Source: Ardenticatenia bacterium (GTDB taxonomy: Bacteria; Chloroflexota; Anaerolineae; Aggregatilineales; JALXEW01). Taken from it: a stretch of 39,624 bases of DNA. The stretch is from assembly GCA_027069285.1 (NCBI GenBank), contig JALXEW010000261.1, positions 1 to 39,624 on the forward strand, written 5' to 3'. The notes below the pieces were generated by a model. The model worked only from the letters and a program-made list of their open reading frames with translations, did no database searches and was not told where the DNA came from. This document shows positions 1-9,230 of this stretch, piece after piece (positions within the stretch are counted from its first letter, which is position 1; each line of letters opens with the position of its first letter). The translations under genes and the position numbers were made by a program.

Positions 1-1
1 G

Positions 2-994
2 GACGAGGCACGGATCGCCGTCGAAAGCGGCGAGATAGCGGCCTACTACGTGATCCCGGAGGACTACCTGGAGGCCGGCGAGATCATCAGATACTCCAAA
101 AACTTCAACATCATAGAAAGCCTGACAGACATGTTCAGCGGATTCGTCATCTCCTCGCTGGCCAGGGGTTCCAACATCAGTCGGGCGCAGATGGAACGGT
201 TACAAGAGCCGCTGAACGACGTGAACGTCCACCGGCTTGACCTGATCGTCGAAGAAGAGCAAGAGCAGGTAGAACGCGACGAGGACACCATGTTCGCCAT
301 CTCCTACGCCTTCGCCCTGGTACTCATGATCGGCATGTTCTTCACATCGAACTATCTCCTGAGGGCAGTAGCCGAGGAAAAGGAAAGCCGCATCGTCGAA
401 CTCCTGCTCTCATCCGTCAAGCCACTACCGTTGCTTTTCGGCAAAGTGATAGCAATGGGCGCCCTGGGCCTGTTGCAGATACTGGTATGGTTGGGCACCG
501 CCTGGTTGCTATTCAAATTCGAGGCCGACCGCATCCCGAACTTCGTGCCGGCCCTGGTCGGATTCCAGATACCACCCGAAACCATCCTGATAGCATTGGC
601 ACTCTTCCTATTCGGCTACCTGTTCTACAGCGGCCTCTACGCCGTAGTCGGCACCCTGGCCGGCTCCTACCGGGAAGGCTCCCAGATGATGGGATTGATC
701 GTGCTCCCATCGCTGGTGCCGCTATACCTGCTGCCCGCCATAGTGAGCGAACCCCATGGCGGACTGGCGATCGTCCTGAGCATCTTCCCGATCACGGCGC
801 CGATGGGAATGATAGAAAGAGTCGCGCTGACCCAGGTGCCCCCGGAGCAAATAGCGGCCTGCCTGGCGCTACTGGCGCTCACCGCTGCGGGAAGCATCTG
901 GCTGGCGGCCAGGGTATTCCGGGTCAACGTGCTGCTGGCCGGCCAGCCGCCAAAGATACGCGACCTACTGCGCGTCGTGCGCGAGCGGTCATGA
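2..994 (+). CDS. ABC-2 type (NatB-like) transporter permease, 5' end outside window
   Basis: The track ORF 50..994 starts at an in-frame GTG, and the frame stays open back to base 2 (DEARIAVESGEIAAYYVIPEDYLEAGEI...). The gene therefore begins upstream of the window. A soluble N-terminal loop is followed by several hydrophobic helices (FAISYAFALVLMIGMFF, LGLLQILVWLG, ALALFLFGYLFYSGLYAVVG, LIVLPSLVPLYLL), which is the ABC-2 permease layout. Confidence 0.7.
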   Translation, partial: DEARIAVESGEIAAYYVIPEDYLEAGEIIRYSKNFNIIESLTDMFSGFVISSLARGSNISRAQMERLQEPLNDVNVHRLDLIVEEEQEQVERDEDTMFAISYAFALVLMIGMFFTSNYLLRAVAEEKESRIVELLLSSVKPLPLLFGKVIAMGALGLLQILVWLGTAWLLFKFEADRIPNFVPALVGFQIPPETILIALALFLFGYLFYSGLYAVVGTLAGSYREGSQMMGLIVLPSLVPLYLLPAIVSEPHGGLAIVLSIFPITAPMGMIERVALTQVPPEQIAACLALLALTAAGSIWLAARVFRVNVLLAGQPPKIRDLLRVVRERS

Positions 995-1019
995 TCTGCC
1001 GATCAAGGACGTAGAGAGA

Positions 1020-1439
1020 ATGCGGGTCTTCATCGCCGGCGTAATGCAAGGCTCCCTCACCGAGCCGGAAGTCACATCCCAGGACTATCGCCGCACCATT
1101 GCCGGACTGCTCCGCTCCACACATCCGGACGCCGAGATCATAGACCCCTGGGAGATACACCCATACGCCGTTGACTACTCGATGGACAAAGCCAGGCAGA
1201 CCCTGCTGGAAGAACTGGAACTGGCATCATCATGCGACGTACTGGTGGCATACCTGCCGCAGGCCAGCATGGGCACCGCCCTGGAAATGTGGCACGCCTG
1301 GCGGGCCGGGGCAAAAATCTATACGATAACCCCTATGAGGCACAACTGGGTGATCAACCTGGTCTCCACCAAAATATTCCCAAACCTGGAGTCATTTGCC
1401 GAATTCATCCGATCCGGCGGCCTGGAAGACCACGGCTGA
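1020..1439 (+). CDS. small nucleoside 2-deoxyribosyltransferase-like (Rossmann-like) protein, function unknown
   Basis: 139-aa ORF beginning MRVFIAGVMQG, with a later ...DVLVAYLPQASMGTALEMWHAWRAG segment. This resembles the N-deoxyribosyltransferase-like fold signature (FxAG ... S.GT..E.G.A). Assigned by eye only. Confidence 0.5.
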   Translation: MRVFIAGVMQGSLTEPEVTSQDYRRTIAGLLRSTHPDAEIIDPWEIHPYAVDYSMDKARQTLLEELELASSCDVLVAYLPQASMGTALEMWHAWRAGAKIYTITPMRHNWVINLVSTKIFPNLESFAEFIRSGGLEDHG

Positions 1440-1484
1440 GCCACCCATCGCCGAAAGATCACACTGCCGACCGAGAGGTGAAAA

Positions 1485-3641
1485 ATGCCATCCCGCATAT
1501 ATCTCTCACTGGTTTTCCATAACCACCAGCCCGTAGGGAACTTCGATCACGTCTTCGAAGAAGCTTACCGGAAATCGTACCTGCCGCTGGTGGAGCTACT
1601 GGAGCGGCATCCCAAAATCCATGCCGGGATGCACTTCACCGGCTGCCTGCGCGACTGGATCGTGGAACACCACCCGGATCTCATCAAACGGGTGCGCGCG
1701 CTGGTCGAACGCGGCCAACTGGAAATGCTCACCGGCGCCTACTACGAACCGATCCTGGTAGCGCTGACCGATGAGGACAAAATCGGCCAGATACACAAAC
1801 TGACCCAGGCGATTCGCGACGACTTTGGATACGAGCCAAAAGGCATGTGGGTCGCCGAAAGAGTCTGGGAGCCACACCTGCCCAAACCGATAGCCGAAGC
1901 AGGCGTGAAATACGTGATCGTAGACGACACCCACTTCAAAAACGTCGGCTTCCAGGACGAACAACTCCTCGGCTACTACATCACCGAGGAGCAAGGCCAC
2001 ACCCTGGCCGTCTTCCCGACACTCTTCAAACTCCGCTACACCATCCCCTGGGCACCGGTAGAAGAAGTGATCGCCTGGCTGCGAGAAGAGGCCGAAAAAC
2101 CACTGCCGGGCTTCCGGCCAAAACTGGCCTTCATGGGCGACGACGGCGAAAAATTCGGACTCTGGCCCACCACATACGAACACTGCTGGCAGAACGGCTA
2201 CATGGATCGGCTATTCGAGGCCCTGGAAGCCGAATCCGACTGGCTGATCACCGTCACCCCCACGGAATACATGGAGCAATACCCGCCGCTGGGACGTGCT
2301 TACCTGCCGACGGCATCATACGTGGAAATGACCGAATGGGCATTGCCGCCGGAACAATCCTGGGCCTTGACCCATCTACGTCACCAACTTGAGGCCGAAG
2401 GCCGCCAGGACATACTACGCTTCCTGCGGGGCGGCATATGGCGCCACTTTATGGTCAAATACCCCGAAGTCAACCACATGCACAAACGATCCATGAGCAT
2501 CAGCGCCAAAGTCCACGCCATGCCCCCCGGCCCCAAAGCAGAGGTTGCCAAATCACACCTCTGGGCCTCCCAATGCAACTGCGGCTACTGGCACGGAGTA
2601 TTCGGCGGCGTATACCTGTTCCACATCCGCGCGGCCAACTACGCCAACATGATCACCGCCGAAGAGATCGCCGAAGGCGACCGGGCATCCGACCTCAAAA
2701 TACGCGCCCATGACCTTGACCTGGACGGCAACGATGAGATCGAACTCACCGGCTCACCGTTCGCCTTCATCTGGACGCCCGCAGTTGGCGGCGCAATGAT
2801 CGAATGGGACTATCGTCCGGCCCGCTACAACATCCTAAACGTGATGACCCGTCACAAAGAAGGCTACCACCGCGACCTGATCGAGGCAGCGGAGCGAGGC
2901 GAAGTAATCACACCCGACATGGCCGGCGCCAAAGTCGAAAGCATACACACAAGCACCGTCCGCGCCAAAGAGCCGGGCCTGGAAAAACTACTATTCGTTG
3001 ACTGGTATCGGCGGGGCGCGTTCATTGACCACTTCCTGGGCGAGGACGCAACCCCGGAGAACTTCTACCGCTCGGAATACCCGGAACAGGGCGACTTCGT
3101 AAACCTGCCATACCGTGCCTCATGGGAAGGTGACGAGCGCAACCTGACGGTGATCCTGAGCCGCGATGGAAACGTCTGGGTGGGCGAGGAACTGGTACCG
3201 GTACGCCTCGAAAAACGATTCCGATTCCGGCGCGGCGCAAGCGACCTGCACGTCGAATACACCGTCACCAACATGCACCCGGCCCCGATCTCGGTCAGAT
3301 TCGGAGTGGAAAACGCAATCGGCTACGACGGCGGCGACGGCGAGCTATGCTACCTGGACGTAGGCGGCGGGCGGTTCGGACTGGGCGAAGTGGCCGCACA
3401 CGAGGGAGTGACGGCCTATGAAGCCGGCACCCACATCCGTGGATTCGCGCTGCTGGCAGAATTCGATCGCCCGGCGAACCTATGGCGCTTCCCCATCGAG
3501 CCGGTGACCATATCCGAAGCCGGATTCGAGCGGGTGCACCAGGGAACAGTCCTGATGGCCTGGTGGCCGTTAGAGCTGGCCCCCGGCGAGGCCATTCAGA
3601 TCGGAATGCGTTTCGAAGTGCGCCCCCTAAGCTCGCAATAG
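1485..3641 (+). CDS. glycoside hydrolase family 57 alpha-glucan enzyme (alpha-amylase / 4-alpha-glucanotransferase type, with C-terminal DUF1925/1926-like region)
   Basis: GH57 conserved regions are visible: LVFHNHQPVGNF (HQP motif), MWVAERVWEP (nucleophile Glu region) and FMGDDGEKFG (acid/base Asp region). GAGAGGTG Shine-Dalgarno precedes the ATG. Confidence 0.88.
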   Translation: MPSRIYLSLVFHNHQPVGNFDHVFEEAYRKSYLPLVELLERHPKIHAGMHFTGCLRDWIVEHHPDLIKRVRALVERGQLEMLTGAYYEPILVALTDEDKIGQIHKLTQAIRDDFGYEPKGMWVAERVWEPHLPKPIAEAGVKYVIVDDTHFKNVGFQDEQLLGYYITEEQGHTLAVFPTLFKLRYTIPWAPVEEVIAWLREEAEKPLPGFRPKLAFMGDDGEKFGLWPTTYEHCWQNGYMDRLFEALEAESDWLITVTPTEYMEQYPPLGRAYLPTASYVEMTEWALPPEQSWALTHLRHQLEAEGRQDILRFLRGGIWRHFMVKYPEVNHMHKRSMSISAKVHAMPPGPKAEVAKSHLWASQCNCGYWHGVFGGVYLFHIRAANYANMITAEEIAEGDRASDLKIRAHDLDLDGNDEIELTGSPFAFIWTPAVGGAMIEWDYRPARYNILNVMTRHKEGYHRDLIEAAERGEVITPDMAGAKVESIHTSTVRAKEPGLEKLLFVDWYRRGAFIDHFLGEDATPENFYRSEYPEQGDFVNLPYRASWEGDERNLTVILSRDGNVWVGEELVPVRLEKRFRFRRGASDLHVEYTVTNMHPAPISVRFGVENAIGYDGGDGELCYLDVGGGRFGLGEVAAHEGVTAYEAGTHIRGFALLAEFDRPANLWRFPIEPVTISEAGFERVHQGTVLMAWWPLELAPGEAIQIGMRFEVRPLSSQ

Positions 3642-3693
3642 AGAGAACCCAGGCACACAGGCCGAGACTTCACAACCGCACACCACCACCGCG

Positions 3694-4488
3694 CTACCCG
3701 GCAGCCGTTATCACGGTACCCGGCAGGTCATCGCCCAGCAACGCCCGCTCCAGGTTACCCGGCTCCGCGCCGGAAAATATCCCGATCCGCAGCCCCGGCA
3801 CCTCAGACGCCAGCCTGAGCATCGCATCAACCTTACCCCACATCCCGCCGGTAACATCCACACCGCGCGAGCCGCCGATAGAATCGCGGAAATCCCCCAA
3901 ATTGTCAGGCATTATACACGGTATAACCTCGCCCGTATCTCCCCTCAGCACGCCCGGCACATCGCCCACCAGATAGATACAGTCCGGCCTCAAATAGCGG
4001 GTCAAAAAGGAAAATATCGCCTCGGTCGAAATAATCGTCCCGCCACGGGCCGAATCCAAAGCCACATCACCGTAAACCAGCGGCACCAAACCATGCTCCA
4101 AAGCCGCCCTCACCGGCCCGACCGACATGGCAACCAACCTGCCATCATCGCACCTGGCCGAAGCGGAAGGCTGCAACCCCAAAACGGGAACCCCCGCCTC
4201 CCAAAGCACATCGGAAACCAGGCGATTCAACCTGGCAGCCGCACGGCTCACCTCGGCAAACCCACGCCACTGCTCAGGCGAACGGACACCGCTCACCGTG
4301 CCGTAGCGCCTTGCCGCAAAGTGGCCGAACGACCCGCTCCCGTGCCCGATCAGTAGCCTCAAGCTCCCATCGGCATCCAATGCCGACGCGATCTCGCCCG
4401 CGAGCCTGGCCGTCACATCCGGCAGGAAAACCTCCCGCCTGGTCTTATCCGTTATCAGCGACCCGCCTAACTTGACGAATATCAGCAT
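3694..4488 (-). CDS. isopentenyl phosphate kinase (amino-acid-kinase fold)
   Basis: N-terminus MLIFVKLGGSLITDK and the HGSGSFGH motif are typical of IPK. The ATG at 4486-4488 overlaps the upstream mevalonate kinase stop at 4482-4484 (ATGCTGA). Confidence 0.8.
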   Translation of the reverse strand: MLIFVKLGGSLITDKTRREVFLPDVTARLAGEIASALDADGSLRLLIGHGSGSFGHFAARRYGTVSGVRSPEQWRGFAEVSRAAARLNRLVSDVLWEAGVPVLGLQPSASARCDDGRLVAMSVGPVRAALEHGLVPLVYGDVALDSARGGTIISTEAIFSFLTRYLRPDCIYLVGDVPGVLRGDTGEVIPCIMPDNLGDFRDSIGGSRGVDVTGGMWGKVDAMLRLASEVPGLRIGIFSGAEPGNLERALLGDDLPGTVITAAG

Positions 4489-5429
4489 CCCGAAACCACC
4501 GTATGCAGCACACGGACGGCGCCCGCATCCCTCAGCGCGGATTCCACACGCCCGATCGCATCATCCCTCACCAGCGCGATCATATTCCCGCCCCGGCCAC
4601 CGCCGGAGAGCTTGGCGCCCTCGGCGCCGGCATCCATAGCCGCCCTGACCAACCTATCCAACTCATCGCACGACACCGTGAGCCGTTGCAACAACCCATG
4701 ATTCCGCCACATCAGCGGACCCAGCGCCGGGACATCCCCGTCCTCTATCGCCTTACGGGCCGCCTCGGCCACATCCCCAATCTCGTCCAAGATCGGCTCG
4801 ACCTTGTCCGGCGCCGAACGGTAAAGCTCGCGCACAGCCGCAACCGCCTCCCGTGTCGGGCTGGAAATACCAGTATCGGCGATCAACAACGAAAAAGGCT
4901 TACCGATGCCAAACACCTCCGGCGGGCGGCCCCTGACAAAATAGACCGGCTTCCCGTACACCACCACCGTGTTATCTATACCCGAAGGAGTGCCGTGATA
5001 AAGCTTCTCCACCTCATAGACCAGCTCGTTAAGCCGCGACAACTCAAACCCCATCCCCAGGGCGGCACCCAAAGCCCGTATCAAAGCCGCCGATACCGCC
5101 GCCCCGCTGCCCAGCCCCCCGGCAATCGGGATGGACGAAGTAACGGTTATCGTCACATCCGGCTCCGGGGCGCCCAGCGCCCCCAAAGCCAGCCTGGCGG
5201 CCAGCGCGAGGGGATCATCCTGAGGCGCGTCACGCACCCTCACCCTGCGGCCCAGATCGGCGGCGACCACGGTCAGACCGGAGCCGGGGGGCGCCTCGGT
5301 GACCACCGCCCTCGCCCGCACCCCGAACACCGGCACGGCGATAGCCGGTCGCCCATATACCACCGCATGTTCCCCGAAAAGTATCACCTTTCCGGGCGCC
5401 TCTGCTTCCAACGCCCTCGCTCCTTTCAC
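4482..5429 (-). CDS. mvk: mevalonate kinase (GHMP kinase)
   Basis: Three GHMP motifs are present: GKVILFGEHAVVYG, GLGSGAAVSAA and KLSGGGRGGNMIAL. The longest ORF reaches a TTG at 5585, but that would run over the spoVS ribosome-binding site. I prefer the GTG at 5427-5429, 14 codons before the GKVILFGEH motif. The start remains uncertain. Confidence 0.82.
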   Translation of the reverse strand: MKGARALEAEAPGKVILFGEHAVVYGRPAIAVPVFGVRARAVVTEAPPGSGLTVVAADLGRRVRVRDAPQDDPLALAARLALGALGAPEPDVTITVTSSIPIAGGLGSGAAVSAALIRALGAALGMGFELSRLNELVYEVEKLYHGTPSGIDNTVVVYGKPVYFVRGRPPEVFGIGKPFSLLIADTGISSPTREAVAAVRELYRSAPDKVEPILDEIGDVAEAARKAIEDGDVPALGPLMWRNHGLLQRLTVSCDELDRLVRAAMDAGAEGAKLSGGGRGGNMIALVRDDAIGRVESALRDAGAVRVLHTVVSGC

Positions 5430-5496
5430 CTGGATTCTCGCGGGAATGTACCACGATCCGGCGGGCAGACCAAGCCACGTGTCAACAAAAATGTGA

Positions 5497-5525
5497 TTGT
5501 CGGGAGCCGGGAGTACGTGTACAAT
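5497..5525 (+). promoter_or_regulatory. candidate sigma70-type promoter for spoVS (TTGTCG-17 nt-TACAAT)
   Basis: TTGTCG at 5497-5502, a 17-nt spacer, and TACAAT at 5520-5525, about 75 nt upstream of the spoVS GTG. A GGGGGaaatCCCCC hairpin lies in the predicted leader. Confidence 0.4.
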
Positions 5526-5599
5526 GTCAGCGCATGGCACGGACGCGGGGGAAATCCCCCTGACATATGAAGCTATCTGCGGCAAGGAGGGGCAACAAG

Positions 5600-5860
5600 G
5601 TGGACGTAATCAAGGTATCTGCCAAGTCGCGCTCTACGGCGGTTGCCGGGGCCATCGCCGGGGTAGTGAGAGAACACAACCGGGCAGAGGTCCAGGCCAT
5701 CGGTGCAGGGGCCGTCAATCAAGCCATCAAAGCGGCGGCCATCGCCAGAGGGTACCTGAAAGAAGACGGCATAGACGCGATAGTCATCCCTTGCTTCACA
5801 GAGGTCATGATCGACGGCCAGGAACGCACCGCGCTCCGTCTCGTAGTGGAGCCGAGATGA
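5600..5860 (+). CDS. spoVS: stage V sporulation protein S family protein
   Basis: VDVIKVSAKSRSTAVAGAIAGVVREHNRAEVQAIGAGAVNQAIKAAAIARGYL...TALRLVVEPR matches the SpoVS family almost end to end. The AAGGAGG Shine-Dalgarno at 5584-5590 sits 9 nt before the GTG at 5600, giving the canonical 86-aa size. Confidence 0.9.
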   Translation: MDVIKVSAKSRSTAVAGAIAGVVREHNRAEVQAIGAGAVNQAIKAAAIARGYLKEDGIDAIVIPCFTEVMIDGQERTALRLVVEPR

Positions 5861-6696
5861 CCCAATCGCGTCGGATAGACCTGCACGTACACAGCACCGC
5901 CTCGGACGGGACATTTAGTCCCTCCGAGGTTGTTGGTCTCGCATTAGAATTGGGACTGGACGTGATCGCACTGACCGATCACGACACCCTCGACGGCATC
6001 GACGAGGCTAAAAAAGCCGCCGAAAACACCCCCCTGGAAGTGGTCAGCGGCATAGAACTAAGCTGCGAGGGAGATGTAACCGAGGTTCACATCCTGGGAT
6101 ACTTCGTGGAAAACGGTCGCGAAGTGCTCGAAAGCACACTCCAAAAGATCCGGGATGTCCGCTTTGAACGTGCCAGGAAGATCGTGGAAAAACTGGCCGC
6201 GCTTGGCGTCCCGGTACCATTCGAGCGGGTGCAAGAAATCGCGGGCGGAGAAGTAATAGGGCGCCCGCACATAGCCCAGGCCCTGGTAGAAGCCGGCCAC
6301 GTAACATCCACCCAGGAAGCATTCGATAAATACATAGCCAACGACGGCCCCGCTTACGTCCCCCGCTATCGCCTGACCCCCTCACAGGCGGTGGACCTGA
6401 TACATCGCGCAGGTGGGGTCGCAGTCCTGGCACATCCGGTGCGCATAAACTATCGCAAATGGCTGCCGGAACTGATCGAGATCGGGATTGACGGAGTGGA
6501 AGCATACTACCCCGAACACCCGCCATCCCTTGTCCAATGGCTGGAAAAATTCGCCGCCGAACACCGGCTGATAGTAACCGGCGGATCGGACTTTCACCAT
6601 CTGGATCGGGACGGATTTGCCATCCTGGGCAGAGTCTCCCCGCCGGCGGACTGTGTGGATAAACTGCGCGAGCGTGCAAACGGCGCACGCCCCTGA
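5857..6696 (+). CDS. PHP-domain metal-dependent phosphoesterase (TrpH/YciV-like)
   Basis: MTQSRRIDLHVHSTASDGTFSPSEVV...IALTDHDTLDGI is the PHP N-terminal signature. The ATG at 5857 overlaps the spoVS TGA (ATGA). The longer track ORF from 5497 is an out-of-frame read across spoVS. Confidence 0.85.
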   Translation: MTQSRRIDLHVHSTASDGTFSPSEVVGLALELGLDVIALTDHDTLDGIDEAKKAAENTPLEVVSGIELSCEGDVTEVHILGYFVENGREVLESTLQKIRDVRFERARKIVEKLAALGVPVPFERVQEIAGGEVIGRPHIAQALVEAGHVTSTQEAFDKYIANDGPAYVPRYRLTPSQAVDLIHRAGGVAVLAHPVRINYRKWLPELIEIGIDGVEAYYPEHPPSLVQWLEKFAAEHRLIVTGGSDFHHLDRDGFAILGRVSPPADCVDKLRERANGARP

Positions 6697-6704
6697 AACC
6701 CGGC

Positions 6705-9230
6705 TCACGAAGCCGAAGCGGACTCACCCCCGTAGATCGGCAGCGTGAAATAGAAAGTAGTGCCCTCCCCCGGCACGCTATCGAACCACACACAGCCGCC
6801 GTGCGCCTCGATCAGCGAGCGAACCACGGCCAATCCCAGTCCGCTACCCTCCTCACGGGCAGCCAGGGCATCATCGCCCCGGAAGAAATAACCGAATATA
6901 TACTGCCTTTCCTCCTCCCGGATGCCGATCCCGGTATCGCTGACCCAAACGAGCACACAAGGGGGAACAACCTCCCGTGGCGCATCCGGCGGCAAACAAC
7001 CCGCATCGGCACAGAACCTGGCCCCGACCTCTATCCGCCCACCCGGCGGCGTGTACTTACACGCATTACTCAGCAAATTAGTCACGACCTGCAACAACCG
7101 CCTGGCATCCGCCGATACGAGCGGCAACTCGCCGAGGGCGACCCTCACCTCCTGGCCCTTCCCATTCACCAGCGGCCTGAACGAGTCGACCGCCCGCCTT
7201 ATCACCCCGCCGACATCAACAGCCCCTACCTCAAGCTCCAGCTTACCGGCTTCCCTCTTGGCCAAAGTCAGCATATCATCAACCATACTCGCCAGATGGT
7301 CGGTGCCGACCATTATCATCTCCAGCGATTCCCTCATCTCATCGTTGATCGGGCCGCAGCCGCCGTGGAGAATCAGCTCCGCAAACCCCCTGATGGTTGC
7401 GATCGGAGTGCGCAACTCGTGGGAAACCAGCGATATAAAGCGTGACTTCGCCCGTTCGGCCTGGCGCTCCTTCGTCACATCGCCGAGCGCATATATCCGC
7501 CCAAGCCTCTCCCCATCCCTGCTCACAACCGGGATACTATACCACCGGATCTCCATCTGAGTCCCCATGGACTCATGTTGGAGCCTCATCTCACCCTCAT
7601 CGGAAAGCTCCGGGTGATCAGAAAGATACCGAAAAGGCCTCAACATCTCATCCGATATGAGAAAGCCATTGGAGCGAACCCTCTCGGCCACATAATCCAG
7701 CGACTTCCCGATCACATCCTCGCGCCTGACCCCAAACATCTCCTCGAACCGCCGATTGACCACCAACACCTTACGCTCCAGATCGTGCATTATGACGCCA
7801 TCGTAAACGGTATCCAATATCGCCGACAAGCGATCGGTTTGTCGCCGCAACTTCTCCCGCAGCCGCACCTGCTCGGTGATGTCGGTGCTTATGCCCGTCA
7901 TCCCAAGATACCGGCCATCTCTATCAACCACAGGCGATATTGTCAGGCGAACGTAGAACTCGGAACCGTCCTTACGCTGTCGCGTAGTTTCCACAGTAAA
8001 CGGCTCCAGCGTGCGCCTGACCCGGCGGGCGGCATCCACGGCGAGCCTTCGTTGAGATTCCGGGCGGATGAAATCCACGACCGGCCTGCTCAACGTCTCC
8101 TCGGCAGCATAGCCGTACATCCGTTCCGCAGCCGGGTTCCAGATCACCACCCTATCCTCACGGTCGGTGACTATGATCGCATCTCCCGCGCCGTCCAGAA
8201 TACTTTGCAGGAACCTGCCGGTACTTTCGAGCTTATCCTGGATCAAATGGCCGTGTAGCGTCACGGCGATCTGGCTCACTATATATCGGTGAACCAACGC
8301 CCGATACTCATCCGGGCCGCCCTCCGGGTTCCCTTCCCACGCCAGCGCCAGGAACCCCAAAGGCGTTGGCCCGGAGATCAAAGGCCAGATGGAAAGCGCA
8401 GGCCACCTATCCTGTGGGAGAACCCGCCTGAACAAAGCCCCAACGTCAGAATCGGGGCCAAATGGCCGGGTGCGATCGGCCTCACGCAACGCATCCGCCA
8501 CCGTGGCGTCCAACGTTAGAGTTCCCGCCAATTCGGATACATTCCCCCTGCCACACGTGCCCTTCAGAACCAGCGAAGAGCCGTCCTCCGGCTCCGAAAG
8601 CGGCGGTTCCAGCAGCCAGAGCGACACATGATCAACGCCATTCCTCCAATAATCCCATATCCTCTCGTACACCTCGTCCAGACTCGGCGCGTTGACCAGA
8701 TCGCTAAGCATACCGTACATAGTGGCAAAGGCCTGGAGCAGACTCTCATGATCGGGCACGCGCTCCGCCGTGACCGCGTTACCGATGGCCAATCGCAGCA
8801 AAGACTCGACCTCACCTATCCTGGCAACCGCCTCCTCCAGCGGATAGGGCTTATCCCAGATGAGATAAAGCACACCCACCGAGCGCTCATCCAGCCGCAA
8901 CGGATACGCCAACGCGCGATGTGGGCCGAGCGAATCCCCAAACGGGTCCCATTCCCAGTGGTCGCCCTCCAGCAACCCTTCCGGGCGCATGGACTCTATA
9001 GCCCTGCCCACAAGGCCCAGATTCTCCGGCACCTCATCCCCGACAAATTCCTGGGGGAGCCTGAAAACCGCCCTGATCTCAACCGCCTTTGAAAAAAGGT
9101 CTCGCCAGAAAAACGCGGCGTGATCCGCAGCGACCATAGAGGCGATTTCCTCGGCGAGGCGGCCCAGCAAAGCATCAAGAGAGCGGGCCGAAAACAAAGC
9201 CAGCACCAACCCCAGATCGACCTCGGTCAC
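6705..9230 (-). CDS. cytoplasmic multi-domain sensor histidine kinase (GAF-GAF-PAS-PAS-HisKA-HATPase_c)
   Basis: Canonical H-box FISLVSHELRTPIATIRGF, N-box LLSNACKYTPPGG, G1 VSDTGIGI and G2 GSGLGLAVV are present. PAS-like segments include IIVTDREDRVVIWNPAAERMYGY and VIMHDLERKVLVVNRRFEEMFG. No obvious transmembrane segment. The GTG start at 9228-9230 overlaps the upstream gene's stop. Confidence 0.85.
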   Translation of the reverse strand: MTEVDLGLVLALFSARSLDALLGRLAEEIASMVAADHAAFFWRDLFSKAVEIRAVFRLPQEFVGDEVPENLGLVGRAIESMRPEGLLEGDHWEWDPFGDSLGPHRALAYPLRLDERSVGVLYLIWDKPYPLEEAVARIGEVESLLRLAIGNAVTAERVPDHESLLQAFATMYGMLSDLVNAPSLDEVYERIWDYWRNGVDHVSLWLLEPPLSEPEDGSSLVLKGTCGRGNVSELAGTLTLDATVADALREADRTRPFGPDSDVGALFRRVLPQDRWPALSIWPLISGPTPLGFLALAWEGNPEGGPDEYRALVHRYIVSQIAVTLHGHLIQDKLESTGRFLQSILDGAGDAIIVTDREDRVVIWNPAAERMYGYAAEETLSRPVVDFIRPESQRRLAVDAARRVRRTLEPFTVETTRQRKDGSEFYVRLTISPVVDRDGRYLGMTGISTDITEQVRLREKLRRQTDRLSAILDTVYDGVIMHDLERKVLVVNRRFEEMFGVRREDVIGKSLDYVAERVRSNGFLISDEMLRPFRYLSDHPELSDEGEMRLQHESMGTQMEIRWYSIPVVSRDGERLGRIYALGDVTKERQAERAKSRFISLVSHELRTPIATIRGFAELILHGGCGPINDEMRESLEMIMVGTDHLASMVDDMLTLAKREAGKLELEVGAVDVGGVIRRAVDSFRPLVNGKGQEVRVALGELPLVSADARRLLQVVTNLLSNACKYTPPGGRIEVGARFCADAGCLPPDAPREVVPPCVLVWVSDTGIGIREEERQYIFGYFFRGDDALAAREEGSGLGLAVVRSLIEAHGGCVWFDSVPGEGTTFYFTLPIYGGESASAS

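Noticed and set aside
4503-5570. 355-aa plus-strand ORF opposite mevalonate kinase. Similar long antisense ORFs occur at 10412-11503, 23254-24351, 25138-26286, 31878-33179, 36665-37765 and 21148-21945.
   Set aside because: Each mirrors a gene with strong family motifs on the other strand. All are R/P/H/G-rich, lack Shine-Dalgarno sequences and motifs, and would require wholesale gene overlap.
5430-5585. 52-codon N-terminal extension of mevalonate kinase from a TTG start
   Set aside because: The extension would cover the spoVS promoter and ribosome-binding site. It has no counterpart in mevalonate kinases, which begin about 10 residues before the GxxILFGEH motif. I prefer the GTG at 5429.
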